Origin: Desulfobacterales bacterium
GTDB taxonomy: Bacteria > Desulfobacterota > Desulfobacteria > Desulfobacterales > JAAELO01
Direction of reading: 5' to 3'
Length of the DNA: 64,000 bases
Assembly: GCA_024226555.1 (NCBI GenBank)
Contig: JAAELO010000822.1
Coordinates: 62,866 to 126,865 of the forward strand
The notes beneath the pieces are model-generated. The model was not told the origin of the DNA. It saw only the letters and a program-made list of their open reading frames with translations, and ran no database searches. The position numbers and the translations under genes were made by a program. Of this stretch, positions 46,702 through 56,806 are shown one piece after another (position 1 is the stretch's first letter; each line of letters begins with the position of its first letter).

Positions 46702-48321
46702 ATGAGCCAGAATTTTAACATGACTGATTATGACAAAGAGTATAGCGAATTTAAATGGGATATTCCCGAAAAATTTAACTTTGCTGGTGATGTAATTGAC
46801 AAATGGGCAAAAGATCCCAACAAACTCGCAATACAATGGGTTGATGACGATGGTAATGAAAAAACAAGAACCTTTACAGAACTATCATCAATATCCAAAA
46901 AAGTTTGTAATGCTTTTACAAGAATGGGGATTAAAAGAGGTGATGTATTAATAATAATGCTTGGTAGAGAAGTTGAATGGTGGGAAATATTCACAGCATG
47001 CGTAAGAATGGGTGTTGTAATATCACCAGGTACTACTCAGCTTACTTCTAAAGATATTAAATACAGAATGAACTATTCAAAATCAGTTTGTTTCATAACT
47101 GATAAAGATAATGCTCCAAAACTTGAAGAAGTAGAGAGTGATTGTGAACTATTAAGAACTAAAATAATTATTGGTTCAAAAAGAGATGGATGGTTAAATT
47201 ACGATGATGAAATAGCTAAAGAAAATGATTCTTTTGAAACCGCTGATACAAGACATGATGAAGAATCAATGGTCTACTTTACATCAGGAACCACCGGTAA
47301 TCCAAAAATGACCTTACACACTCATTCATATGGCCTTGCTCATCAAACAACAGGTAAATACTGGCTTGACCATAAACCTGAAGATCTTCACTGGAATGTT
47401 AGTGATAATGGCTGGGCCAAAGCCGCATGGAGTAGTTATTTTGGACCATGGAATATGGGAGCTGCACTATTCATTCATTGCTCACCCGTATTTACACCTG
47501 AAAAAACCCTTGAACTTCTTCAAAAATACCCAATAACAACAATGTGCGGTGCACCAACAATTTACAGACTTCTTGTCCTTCAGGACCTATCAAAATATTC
47601 ATTTCCTGAACTTCGTCATTGTGTTGGAGCTGGTGAACCTCTTAACCCTGAGGTTATTGAGATCTGGAAAAAAGCTACCGATACGATTATTCGTGATGGA
47701 TATGGACAAACTGAAAGTGTTCTCCTTTGTGGAAGTTATCTTTGCATTGAACCAAGATTTGGTTCAATGGGTAAACCTTCACCTGGTGTAGACCTCCAGA
47801 TTATCGATAATGATGGTAATATTTGTCCTCCTGATACTGAAGGTGATATCGCTATCAATGTAAAAGTTAAACCTGCTGGTCTTTTTAAAGAATACTGGAA
47901 TGAACCTGAAAAAACTGCTTCATGCTACAATGGGGATTGGTATTTAACCGGAGACAGAGCAACCCGTGATAGTGATGGATATTTCTGGTTTGTTGGTCGA
48001 TCTGATGATGTTATTCTTAGTTCAGGATATAGAATAGGGCCTTTTGAGGTAGAAAGTGCACTTATTGAGCATGAGTCAGTTGCAGAATCTGCGGTTGTTT
48101 CAAGTCCGGATGAGAAACGTGGTGAAATCGTTAAAGCCTTTATTGTTCTAGCTCCTGGTTTTACAGCTGGAGATGATCTAAAAAAGGAGATTCAGGACCA
48201 TGTTAAAAAAGTTACAGCTCCATATAAATACCCAAGAGCTATAGATTTTGTTACTGAACTTCCAAAAACAGTAAGTGGTAAAATAAGACGAGTTGAATTA
48301 AGAGATGCAGAATGGAAATAG
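46702..48321 (+). CDS. AMP-forming (medium-chain) acyl-CoA synthetase
   Basis: YFTSGTTGNPKM, DGYGQTES, YLTGDRATRDSDGYFWFVGRSDDVI and PKTVSGKIRR. Confidence 0.9.
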   Translation: MSQNFNMTDYDKEYSEFKWDIPEKFNFAGDVIDKWAKDPNKLAIQWVDDDGNEKTRTFTELSSISKKVCNAFTRMGIKRGDVLIIMLGREVEWWEIFTACVRMGVVISPGTTQLTSKDIKYRMNYSKSVCFITDKDNAPKLEEVESDCELLRTKIIIGSKRDGWLNYDDEIAKENDSFETADTRHDEESMVYFTSGTTGNPKMTLHTHSYGLAHQTTGKYWLDHKPEDLHWNVSDNGWAKAAWSSYFGPWNMGAALFIHCSPVFTPEKTLELLQKYPITTMCGAPTIYRLLVLQDLSKYSFPELRHCVGAGEPLNPEVIEIWKKATDTIIRDGYGQTESVLLCGSYLCIEPRFGSMGKPSPGVDLQIIDNDGNICPPDTEGDIAINVKVKPAGLFKEYWNEPEKTASCYNGDWYLTGDRATRDSDGYFWFVGRSDDVILSSGYRIGPFEVESALIEHESVAESAVVSSPDEKRGEIVKAFIVLAPGFTAGDDLKKEIQDHVKKVTAPYKYPRAIDFVTELPKTVSGKIRRVELRDAEWK

Positions 48322-48336
48322 CATAATATAATTAAA

Positions 48337-48371
48337 AAGAAGCAGTATGGTTTTGAATCATACTGCTTCTT
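48337..48371. terminator. Perfect 13-bp hairpin after the acyl-CoA synthetase gene
   Basis: AAGAAGCAGTATG-gttttgaat-CATACTGCTTCTT. The T-tract lies on the opposite strand (the plus strand continues AAAAG), so terminator function for the plus-strand gene is uncertain. Confidence 0.45.
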
Positions 48372-48484
48372 AAAAGACCTCTTTGACATCTTATCTTACC
48401 TAAAAATCATAAAGTATCGTTTTTTTCAAAACTATCCTGTAGCAAATAATTAGAGTGATAATTTTGGAAAAACCAGATACTTAA

Positions 48485-48643
48485 GGGGTAACTCTAATTA
48501 TTAGAATTTTGGATGAAAATACAAGGCTTGACCAAAAATAACGAACCGATTCGGTTATAAAACGTTTTTCTTTATAGCCATTACAGCAGTTTTTTTGGTA
48601 ATAAAGAAGTATTTAGCCAAAAGACAAGTTATTAGAGATTCAC
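48485..48643 (+). mobile_element. MITE copy with internal module insertion (159 bp)
   Basis: TIRs GGGGTAACTCTAATTATTAG / AAGTTATTAGAGATTCAC. TTAA direct repeats at 48481-48484 and 48644-48647. Extra ggttataaaacgtttttctttatagcc module. Confidence 0.8.
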
Positions 48644-48679
48644 TTAAATTATAATTTTTTTTATATAGAGGAATAAACT

Positions 48680-49855
48680 ATGAAAGAAGCCGTAATAGTA
48701 AGTGCTGCAAGAACTCCATTAGGAAGTTTTGGTGGTTCATTAAGCACAATAGCTGCAACAAAATTAGGTGGTATTGTTATAGAAGAAGTTATTAAAAGAG
48801 CTGGAATAAATAAAGAGGAAGTTAATGAATGTATAATGGGTATGGTTCTACCATGTGGTAGTGGACAGAATCCTGCCAAACAAGCTGTTGTAAAAGCAGA
48901 TATGCCTTGGGAAGTTGAAGCAGTTACCGTTAATAAAGTTTGTGGATCTGCTCTTAAAGCAATTATGTTAGCAGCACAGGCTATTCAGTGTGGTGATGCA
49001 GATGTTGTCGTTGCTGGTGGTATGGAAAATATGAGTAAGACACCATATTTTATGGAGAAGGCTCGTTTTGGTTTCAGAATGGGACCTGGAAAAATTGAAG
49101 ATCATATGATTCATGATGGCTTGTGGGATATTGTAAATGATTTTCATATGGGAATGTCTAATGAATTATGTTCTGAAAAATGGGAGATGGACAGAGAATC
49201 CCAGGACAGATTTGCTGCTGAATCATACAGAAGAGCCCTTTCTGCAATTAAAGACGGAAAGTTTAAAGACCAGATAGTACCTGTTGAAATTCCACAAAGA
49301 AAAGGTGACCCTGTAGTCTTTAGTGAAGATGAATGTCCTAAGGATACATCTTATGAGCAATTTGCAAAAATGCGACCTGCTTTTAAAAAGGATGGAGTTG
49401 GAACTGCGGGAAATGCTTCTATAATAAGTGATGGGGCTGCAGCAGTTCTGATTATGTCCAGAGAAAAAGCTGAGGAATTAAATTGTGAGATTATGGCTAC
49501 CATAGGTTCGCAATGTTCTTACGGCATAGATATGAAGCATGTACTTATGGCTCCAATTTATTCAATTCCAAAATGTCTTAAAAAAGAAGGTCTTGAAATA
49601 TCCGATGTAGATCTTTTTGAGATTAATGAAGCTTTTAGTGGTACTTCTGTTGGTATTAACAAAGTTCTAAAACTTGATCCTGATAAAGTTAATGTTAATG
49701 GTGGCAGTGTAGCTTTAGGTCATCCTATCGGTGCTTCTGGATGCAGAGTTCTTATAACTCTTCTTTATGAAATGATAAGGCAGAATAAAAAAACAGGTCT
49801 TGCTTCACTTTGTTTAGGTGGTGGTGAAGCTGTTTCTTTAATTATAAAAAGATAA
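48680..49855 (+). CDS. Acetyl-CoA C-acetyltransferase (thiolase)
   Basis: VNKVCGSALKA (active Cys), NASIISDGAAA, GHPIGASG, and CLGGGEAVSLII. Confidence 0.95.
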   Translation: MKEAVIVSAARTPLGSFGGSLSTIAATKLGGIVIEEVIKRAGINKEEVNECIMGMVLPCGSGQNPAKQAVVKADMPWEVEAVTVNKVCGSALKAIMLAAQAIQCGDADVVVAGGMENMSKTPYFMEKARFGFRMGPGKIEDHMIHDGLWDIVNDFHMGMSNELCSEKWEMDRESQDRFAAESYRRALSAIKDGKFKDQIVPVEIPQRKGDPVVFSEDECPKDTSYEQFAKMRPAFKKDGVGTAGNASIISDGAAAVLIMSREKAEELNCEIMATIGSQCSYGIDMKHVLMAPIYSIPKCLKKEGLEISDVDLFEINEAFSGTSVGINKVLKLDPDKVNVNGGSVALGHPIGASGCRVLITLLYEMIRQNKKTGLASLCLGGGEAVSLIIKR

Positions 49856-49887
49856 TTAATATTTAAATATACGGAGTTTAATCAGTC

Positions 49888-50736
49888 ATGGATATTAAAA
49901 CGTTTGGTGTTATTGGATCAGGTCAGATGGGAAATGGAATAGCACAAGTTGCTGCAATGAGTGGGCTTGATGTTATTATGAGTGATATAAGTCTGGACTT
50001 TGCTGAAAAAGGTCTTGCAACAATATCTAAAAATCTTGATAGAAATGTTTCTAAAGGTAAGATGACGGAGGATGAAAAAAACACTATTTTAACCAGAGTT
50101 TCAGTAACATCTGATCTTAATGATATGTCAGGAGTAGATTTTCTGGTTGAAGCTGCAGTTGAAAGAGAGGATCTTAAGTTCCAGATATTCAGAGATCTTG
50201 ATGAAATATGCCCTGATCATGTTATTCTTTCAACAAATACATCTTCTATTCCTATTGGAAGGATAGGTGCACAAACAAAAAGGCCTGGGAAGGTAATTGG
50301 TATGCACTTTATGAATCCTGTTCCAGTGATGAAACTTTGTGAAGTTATTAGAGGTCTTGCAACATCTGACGAAACTTTTAAAGTTACTATGGATCTTTGC
50401 GAAAAATTCAATAAAACTTCAGCGGTATCAAACGATTACCCTGGTTTTATTGCGAACAGAATATTGATGCCAATGATTAATGAAGCTATATTCTGTGTTT
50501 TCCAGAACGTAGGATCACCCGAAGATATAGATACAGTAATGAAACTTGGTATGAATCATCCAATGGGCCCTCTTGCTCTTGCGGATTTAATAGGATTAGA
50601 TACATGCCTTGCTATTATGGAAACACTTCATGATGGTTTTAAAGACTCAAAATACAGAGCATGTCCACTTTTAAGGCAATATGTTGAAGCTGGCTGGTTA
50701 GGAAGAAAGTCGGGCAGAGGTTTCTACAAATATTAG
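49888..50736 (+). CDS. hbd: 3-hydroxybutyryl-CoA dehydrogenase
   Basis: GVIGSGQMGNGIAQV NAD fold, SNTSS, HFMNPVPVMKL, and GFIANRIL. Confidence 0.95.
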   Translation: MDIKTFGVIGSGQMGNGIAQVAAMSGLDVIMSDISLDFAEKGLATISKNLDRNVSKGKMTEDEKNTILTRVSVTSDLNDMSGVDFLVEAAVEREDLKFQIFRDLDEICPDHVILSTNTSSIPIGRIGAQTKRPGKVIGMHFMNPVPVMKLCEVIRGLATSDETFKVTMDLCEKFNKTSAVSNDYPGFIANRILMPMINEAIFCVFQNVGSPEDIDTVMKLGMNHPMGPLALADLIGLDTCLAIMETLHDGFKDSKYRACPLLRQYVEAGWLGRKSGRGFYKY

Positions 50737-50752
50737 AGAGTCTCTGATAATC
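50731..50752. repeat. TIR-like mini-palindrome overlapping the hbd stop
   Basis: TATTAGAGAGTCTCTGATAATC; could be a collapsed element or chance. Confidence 0.25.
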
Positions 50753-50821
50753 TCTTTTTGGAGAAATTTCTGTGTTATCTCAAACAATTACTATTTGTAA
50801 TATATTAAGAGGAATTTAAAA

Positions 50822-51979
50822 ATGTCTTTTCTACTTACAAAAGAACAGCTAATGATCCAGAAAATGGCAAGGGAGTTTGCCAGAAAGGATCTTGCACCAA
50901 AAGCTGCAGAAAGAGATCTTAATCACGAATTTCCAGGTGATAGTCTTGCTAAAATGGGAGAGCTGGGATTTATGGGAATGCTTGTTTCTGAAGAGTATGG
51001 TGGAGATAACTTAGGTACGATTGCATACTCATTGGCATTAACTGAAATAGCTGCTGCATGTGCTTCAACTGCAGTAGTGATGTCAGTTCATAACTCAATA
51101 TGTTGTGGAAGTATAGAAAAATATGGATCAGATCAGCAGAAAGAAGAATTCTTAAAGCCGATGGCAACTGGAGAAATTATTGGAGCATTTGCATTAACTG
51201 AGCCAGAAGCTGGTTCAGATCCACAGGCAATGGCTTGCACGGCTGAAAAAGATGGTGATGATTATATCATTAACGGAACAAAACGTTTTATCACAACAGG
51301 AAAAAATTCTGGTGTGACAATTCTTCTGGCAAGAACTGAGCCTACAGGCAGCAAAGGTATTAGTGCATTTTTAATAACCCATGGTATGGATGGTTTTGAA
51401 GTTGGTAGAGTGGAAGATAAAATGGGGCAGTGTGCATCAGATACTACAGATCTGCTTTTTAACAATTGCCGTGTTCCTTCTTCGAGAATGTTAGGTAAAG
51501 AGGGAGAAGGTTTTACCATCGCTATGAGTGGCCTTGATGCAGGTAGAATTGGTATCGCATCACTTTCACTTGGTATTGCAAATGCAGCTATGGAAGAATC
51601 AATTAAATATGGAAAGCAAAGAGAACAGTTTGGACAAAAGATAACAGACTTTCAGGGTTTAAGATGGATGATTGCAGATATGGCTATGGATATTGAAGCT
51701 GCAAGACTCATGGTTTTAAATGCAGCGGATATAAAAGAGCGTGGTGAAAACTGTACCCAGGCAGCTTCAATGGCTAAGTGTTTTGCATCAGAGATGGCTC
51801 AAAGAGTAACAGGAACAGCGATTCAATTACATGGTGGCTATGGTTATATTAAAGAATACCCAGTGGAAAGATTCTATAGAGATGCAAGAATTACAACAAT
51901 CTATGAAGGTACAAACCAGATTCAGAGAGTTGTTATTTCAAATGAGATATTAAAAGATAAAAAGAAGAAAAAAAAATAG
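50822..51979 (+). CDS. Acyl-CoA dehydrogenase (butyryl-CoA dehydrogenase-like) with unusual poly-Lys tail
   Basis: GAFALTEPEAGSD, RWMIADMA, QLHGGYGY, and YEGTNQIQR. Ends ...ILKDKKKKKK*. Confidence 0.95.
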   Translation: MSFLLTKEQLMIQKMAREFARKDLAPKAAERDLNHEFPGDSLAKMGELGFMGMLVSEEYGGDNLGTIAYSLALTEIAAACASTAVVMSVHNSICCGSIEKYGSDQQKEEFLKPMATGEIIGAFALTEPEAGSDPQAMACTAEKDGDDYIINGTKRFITTGKNSGVTILLARTEPTGSKGISAFLITHGMDGFEVGRVEDKMGQCASDTTDLLFNNCRVPSSRMLGKEGEGFTIAMSGLDAGRIGIASLSLGIANAAMEESIKYGKQREQFGQKITDFQGLRWMIADMAMDIEAARLMVLNAADIKERGENCTQAASMAKCFASEMAQRVTGTAIQLHGGYGYIKEYPVERFYRDARITTIYEGTNQIQRVVISNEILKDKKKKKK

Positions 51980-52491
51980 TGGAACTAAAAGAGAAAATAA
52001 AAGATTCAGCAAAGTTGAACTTTAAATCAGGCTTAAACTGTGCTGAATCTGTTTTTAAAGCAATACTGGATAATCTTGAGCATGATTTTCCTGAAGAAAC
52101 CGTAGCCCTTGCAACTGGTTTTGGTGGAGGATTTGGTTTAACAGGGAACAATTGTGGTGCTTTAGCAGGTGGAATAATGGCAATTGGGCTTATTCATGGA
52201 CGGAAAAATCCGCTTGATGGAGAGTTTAAAGACAGGGTTGATAAACTTTATGGCAATCCTGGTTTATATAGGTTCTTTAATGGGCTTCCCAATAAATTCA
52301 TAGAAAAATATGGATCAATCAATTGCTACAAACTTAATGAAGATTATAATGAATGGTTTGATAGGGACAGATTCAAAAATTGTATGAGTATTGTTATAGA
52401 AACAACTGAAATGGCAGTCGATTTTATTTTTGAAGGTCAAAAAAATGGTTACAGCCAACCGTTTGGAAAAAATATGGCTGGAAAATCATAG
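51979..52491 (+). CDS. C_GCAxxG_C_C family redox protein
   Basis: GLNCAESVFKA and GNNCGALAGG motifs. The GTG start overlaps the TAG stop of the previous gene by 1 nt. Confidence 0.85.
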   Translation: MELKEKIKDSAKLNFKSGLNCAESVFKAILDNLEHDFPEETVALATGFGGGFGLTGNNCGALAGGIMAIGLIHGRKNPLDGEFKDRVDKLYGNPGLYRFFNGLPNKFIEKYGSINCYKLNEDYNEWFDRDRFKNCMSIVIETTEMAVDFIFEGQKNGYSQPFGKNMAGKS

Positions 52492-52662
52492 TTACAGATA
52501 ATAGTAAAAAATATTTTTAATTTCTATACCTTCCTCAGGTTAAATTATAAATATGTCAGTTCACAAATTTTAATAATCATTTCAGCTTAATTCAAATTGT
52601 CTATTCTTTGGATAAAATTCTAATTTCAACGTTGAATAAAATTTTCATGGTTACATTTGGAA

Positions 52663-52677
52663 TTTTTAGAGATTCCC
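52663..52677. repeat. Solo MITE right-TIR fragment
   Basis: TTTTTAGAGATTCCC followed by TAAA. Confidence 0.4.
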
Positions 52678-52974
52678 TAAAATAAACGTAAATATTAAAC
52701 TATGATATATGGCAGATATTTAACAACTGTATAATGACACAGGTACAACTGTTAATAATAACAGAAATAAATAACGATGTTAATGTGAAATATTTAATAG
52801 AAGTCTTTTACACTATTTGGCATAAATCTTGAGATAGTTCAGAAAATAACGGAACTTTCTTTTCAAATTATTAGGTAGAACCGTTTACAATAATAATTAA
52901 AAATATAGAAATATATTAATGAGAAACAGACATAAAAAATTAGGTTTAAGTACTTGAAGGGCAGTTTTAATATA

Positions 52975-54852
52975 ATGAATTTTTTTAAAAAAACTATAAC
53001 AGCTTTATTATCATATAATGTAATACTTAAATACATGCTGCTATTTTTACAAATTGGATTTTTGTTCAGAGTAATTTTAATCATCAATTTTATTGATAAC
53101 CCTGGCCAATCAGTTCTTTATAGTTTGTTGTATGGTTTAAGGATGGATATAATAGTGTTTTCTTCATTTGCCATTATTATTTCCATTTTATATTCATTGA
53201 ATTTATTGTTCATTACAAGAACGTTATTAACTTCTTTTTTCTTTATTTATTTATTAATTGAAATTGCTACAATAAATTATATGGGGAAATTTTTTTCACG
53301 ACCAAACTATCTGTTTATAGAACATTTAAGTTCTTATACAGAAATGGTTAGTATGTTGTGGAAATTATATAAAATTCATTTAATAGTTTTGGTTCCTATA
53401 CTTATCTTTTTTACATATAATCTATCAAAATTGATTAAAAATAGCTTAAAAGAATACAATTTAAAATACAAAATATTAGCTCTTCCATTAGTAATGTTAT
53501 TTCTAATGATCGGTGCAAGATCTTCTTTTGATTCATCAACTCCAAATCAGGGGTATTATACTTTTTCAAGTTCAAATATAAAAAATGAGATTGCAAATAA
53601 CTCGATATTTTCAATACTTTATGCAACATATTTATTAAAAAAAGAAAAATTTTATGAATATGGAGAAATTTCTTCGGAAAAAGCCATTGCAAATATTAAC
53701 AAAATTAATGATTTTTCAACTTTTGATCAAAACAGTTTGTTGAGATTCCAAAAATCAACATACTCAGAAAAAAAGAATATCATTCTGATAATTCTTGAGA
53801 GTTTTGGCAATGATCATGTAGGTTATTTAGGTGGTACGAATACTACTCCAAATCTGGATTCACTTACAAATGAGTCACTATATTTTACAAACTTATATGC
53901 AACTGGAGCAAGGACTTCATGGGGACTATCATCAATTCTTACTTCTCTTTATCCTATCCCGTCACGAGAGTATATAAAAGCTGCTAAATCGCAAAAAGAG
54001 TTTTATACAATTGCTAAAACCTTAAAAAAGCATGGTTATGAAAATACATTTATTTTCCCTGGAGATGCTGACTTTGACAATATGCGTGGTTTTTTTCTTT
54101 CAAATGGTTATGATAAAGTTCTTGGAAAAGAGAACTTCAATAGAACAAAACACCTCAAATATACATGGGGATATTGTGATGAAGCACTTTATGAAAAAGC
54201 GATAGATCAGATTGAAAAATATAAAGATAAAGACAAACCTTTTTTTCTAACAATGCTAACTATCTCTAGTCACGAACCATTTGATTATCCAAAAGGCAGA
54301 GTTAAGCCATATAAAAATGCAAAATTAGAAGGTTTTGCCAACTCTATTAAATATGCTGATCACTCACTTGGAAAATTTATTGTAGAATTGAAAAAAAAAG
54401 GATTAATGGAAAATACTGTAGTTGCTATAATAGCAGATCATTGTAATGATGCTAATGGAGAGTTTGATGTGCCAATAAACAGATATAAGATTCCAGCATT
54501 AATATTATCTGAAGATTTTAAGAAAAAAAGGGGTGTAAAGTATAACAAAATTGCATCCCAGATAGATTTTGCACCAACTATTTTAGATGTTGCTGGGGTC
54601 AGTGATTATATTCCAACAGTTGGTAGTTCAATTTTACAGAACCAAAGAAATTCGGCTATTCTTTTAGCAAAAAGGAAGAATTTTGCATATTTGCTTCAGG
54701 ATAGTTTTATTGTTTATACTGGTGATTCAAATATTCAAACCTACAATTACAAATTCAAGAAAATAAAAAACATTAATAAAGATGTAATTAATGGTTTGTC
54801 ATATATATATGGTAGTAAATATCTATATGATAATAAAATTCTGTATAATTAA
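52975..54852 (+). CDS. LTA-synthase / phosphoglycerol-transferase family sulfatase-fold membrane enzyme
   Basis: Start moved to the ATG at 52975 (MNFFKK...). Five N-terminal TM helices, then ILESFG, GARTSWG (nucleophile Thr context), SSHEPF and ADHC. Confidence 0.8.
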   Translation: MNFFKKTITALLSYNVILKYMLLFLQIGFLFRVILIINFIDNPGQSVLYSLLYGLRMDIIVFSSFAIIISILYSLNLLFITRTLLTSFFFIYLLIEIATINYMGKFFSRPNYLFIEHLSSYTEMVSMLWKLYKIHLIVLVPILIFFTYNLSKLIKNSLKEYNLKYKILALPLVMLFLMIGARSSFDSSTPNQGYYTFSSSNIKNEIANNSIFSILYATYLLKKEKFYEYGEISSEKAIANINKINDFSTFDQNSLLRFQKSTYSEKKNIILIILESFGNDHVGYLGGTNTTPNLDSLTNESLYFTNLYATGARTSWGLSSILTSLYPIPSREYIKAAKSQKEFYTIAKTLKKHGYENTFIFPGDADFDNMRGFFLSNGYDKVLGKENFNRTKHLKYTWGYCDEALYEKAIDQIEKYKDKDKPFFLTMLTISSHEPFDYPKGRVKPYKNAKLEGFANSIKYADHSLGKFIVELKKKGLMENTVVAIIADHCNDANGEFDVPINRYKIPALILSEDFKKKRGVKYNKIASQIDFAPTILDVAGVSDYIPTVGSSILQNQRNSAILLAKRKNFAYLLQDSFIVYTGDSNIQTYNYKFKKIKNINKDVINGLSYIYGSKYLYDNKILYN

Positions 54853-54857
54853 ATATA

Positions 54858-54940
54858 GGGAACCTCTATTAACATTTTTTTATAAAACTTTGAGATTTTT
54901 AATCTGTATATTAAGCAGGTTTCAATCGATTAGAGGTTTA
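54858..54940 (-). mobile_element. MITE copy, short deletion variant with eroded right end
   Basis: Left TIR GGGAACCTCTATTAAC; interior as in the 35419 variant; right end ...CAATCGATTAGAGGTTT. Starts 6 nt after the stop at 54852. Confidence 0.55.
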
Positions 54941-54958
54941 TATTACAAAATCTTATAT

Positions 54959-55317
54959 GGGAATCCTTAATAATTGCCTTTTGATAGAACGACTTAAGTT
55001 GTTTTAAAAGAAATAAAAACAAAACAACGGAGTATATTTCAAAAATAAAACTGTAAACTTTATAGAGGGAAACTCTAATAATTGGAGTTTTGTCTCAAAT
55101 ACAAGGCATGATAAAAAAATTGCCTACGCTTTAAAGGTGATTCCTTTTTCGAAAAACGCAGTATTTGATCAAAAGAGCAGTTATTTAGAGATTCCCTAGA
55201 ATAAAAACTTTTTATAAACGAAACGGCTCATTATTTTTCTTATGAAGAGATTTTATAAATCAAAAGGCTTTTATAAACGTTGTATTTAAATCATAATTCT
55301 AATTATTAGAGGTTTCC
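54959..55317 (-). mobile_element. MITE copy, long type, carrying a nested short-type insertion
   Basis: TIRs GGGAATCCTTAATAATT / CTAATTATTAGAGGTTTCC. It aligns with the 56807 copy on both sides of the 55067-55196 insert. Confidence 0.75.
55067..55196 (+). mobile_element. MITE copy, intact short type, nested inside the 54959-55317 element
   Basis: TIRs GGGAAACTCTAATAATTGG / CAGTTATTTAGAGATTCCC. TAGA direct repeats at 55063-55066 and 55197-55200. Confidence 0.9.
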
Positions 55318-55491
55318 AATCTAAAAAGTTGATAAAATCTTTAATTCATATTACTTTATTGTAATTATTCATGAATGCTTTGCCCTGATTTTTTAACGGT
55401 AGGTAAGATTCATAAAATTATTAATTGCCTAAAATTTAAAAATGTGGTTTTTATGGTCACTCTATAGAAAACTTTAAATAAAGAGGTTCAA

Positions 55492-55956
55492 TTGGATTTA
55501 AAATTAATTTTTCAGAATCAGATTTTAATTTGTGCTGCTGCAAGCTGGGTTTTTGCTCAATCATTAAAAATTTTCATAATACTATTTAAACGTCACAACT
55601 ATGAGACAAAAGATCTTATAATTCATGCTGTTTTTGGGACAGGTGGAATGCCATCAAGTCATACAGCGACAGTTACAGCAATAACTCTGTCAATTGGTTT
55701 TAAAGAGGGATTTAATACCGGACTTTTTGCTCTGTCAGTAATTTTTCTTTTAATAGTTTTTAGAGATGCAACAGGTGTAAGGTTAGCATCTGGACAGCAA
55801 GCAATTACTATTAATAGAATTTTAGATGAGATTAAAATTGAAGATCAGGATAAGGTTAAAAAAATTAAGGAAGTTAAAGGACACACTCTATTAGAAGGAT
55901 TAGTTGGAAGCTTTATCGGAATAATCGTATCCCTTGCCTTCTGTTTTGCTATATAG
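55492..55956 (+). CDS. Divergent PAP2 (acid phosphatase/vanadium-haloperoxidase-related, DUF212) membrane protein
   Basis: GGMPSSHTATVTA and FRDATGVR motifs. TTG start with AGAGG RBS. Confidence 0.85.
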   Translation: MDLKLIFQNQILICAAASWVFAQSLKIFIILFKRHNYETKDLIIHAVFGTGGMPSSHTATVTAITLSIGFKEGFNTGLFALSVIFLLIVFRDATGVRLASGQQAITINRILDEIKIEDQDKVKKIKEVKGHTLLEGLVGSFIGIIVSLAFCFAI

Positions 55957-56023
55957 CGATAATTAGTTTTTTCCTTTTCAAAAAACAAATTCATACTTTG
56001 GATTTTATAATTAAATATTAATA

Positions 56024-56042
56024 GGCAGTCCTTGTGACTGCC
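56024..56042. terminator. Short hairpin between convergent genes
   Basis: GGCAGTC-cttgt-GACTGCC followed by TTTTAT. Confidence 0.4.
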
Positions 56043-56044
56043 TT

Positions 56045-56731
56045 TTATATTTCAAAGTTAAAACCTTTCTTAACTTTTTCTTTGTAAGCTTTTTTATCAA
56101 ATTCGTAAAGTCTTGCTGCTCTGTGTGAAACATCCTTTTCTATCTCATCTAGTTCTTTCAAAATAGCCATACCCATGATTTTTTTTCGAATATTTCTTTT
56201 ATCAAGCTTTCTGTCCAGTATCTTTTCATATAGTTGTTGTAACATTCTAAGTGGGAATTTTTTAGGAAGAAGTTCAAACCCTATTGGTTGATATCTTATT
56301 TTCCCCTTAAGTCTCTCATCAGCTACGTTTAATATCATCTCATGATCAAAAGCAAGTTCAGGAATATCATTTGGTTCAAACCATGCTGCATTTCTTGCAT
56401 CGGTTGAAGCTCTGAGGTTATGTTCTGAAAGATTAACAAGTCCATAAAAGGAAACAGAAATAACCTGTTCCCTTGGATCTCTGTCTGGTTCACTAAAAGT
56501 ATAGAGTTGTTCTAAAAAGATGTCTTTTAAACCAGTCTCTTCAAAAAGTTCACGCCTTGCAGTTTCTTCAAGGCTTTCACCTATTTTTGTAAATCCTCCG
56601 GGAAGAGCCCATTTTTCCTTAAATGGTTCGAGATCTCTTTGAATTAGAAGAATTTTTAAATCCTCAGTATCCAGACCAAAAATAACGCAATCAACTGCTA
56701 CTGCGGGTCTTTCATATTTATATGTAAACAT
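56045..56731 (-). CDS. Nudix hydrolase domain fused to NrtR-type winged-helix (Nudix-related transcriptional regulator)
   Basis: Nudix box [23 protein letters not shown]. The C-terminal about 80 aa (...[22 protein letters not shown]...) resembles the NrtR DNA-binding domain. Confidence 0.75.
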   Translation of the reverse strand: MFTYKYERPAVAVDCVIFGLDTEDLKILLIQRDLEPFKEKWALPGGFTKIGESLEETARRELFEETGLKDIFLEQLYTFSEPDRDPREQVISVSFYGLVNLSEHNLRASTDARNAAWFEPNDIPELAFDHEMILNVADERLKGKIRYQPIGFELLPKKFPLRMLQQLYEKILDRKLDKRNIRKKIMGMAILKELDEIEKDVSHRAARLYEFDKKAYKEKVKKGFNFEI

Positions 56732-56806
56732 TTGGTAACTCCTAATAGTGTCTGATTAACACATAGATAGTGTGGTCCAAACACAATGTCAAGGGGATTT
56801 TGTTAT

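Noticed and set aside
54858-55317. Possible CRISPR-like array, because of closely spaced repeated units
   Set aside because: The repeats are inverted (TIR pairs), not direct, and spacing and lengths are irregular. The units align to dispersed MITE copies, and there are no cas genes.
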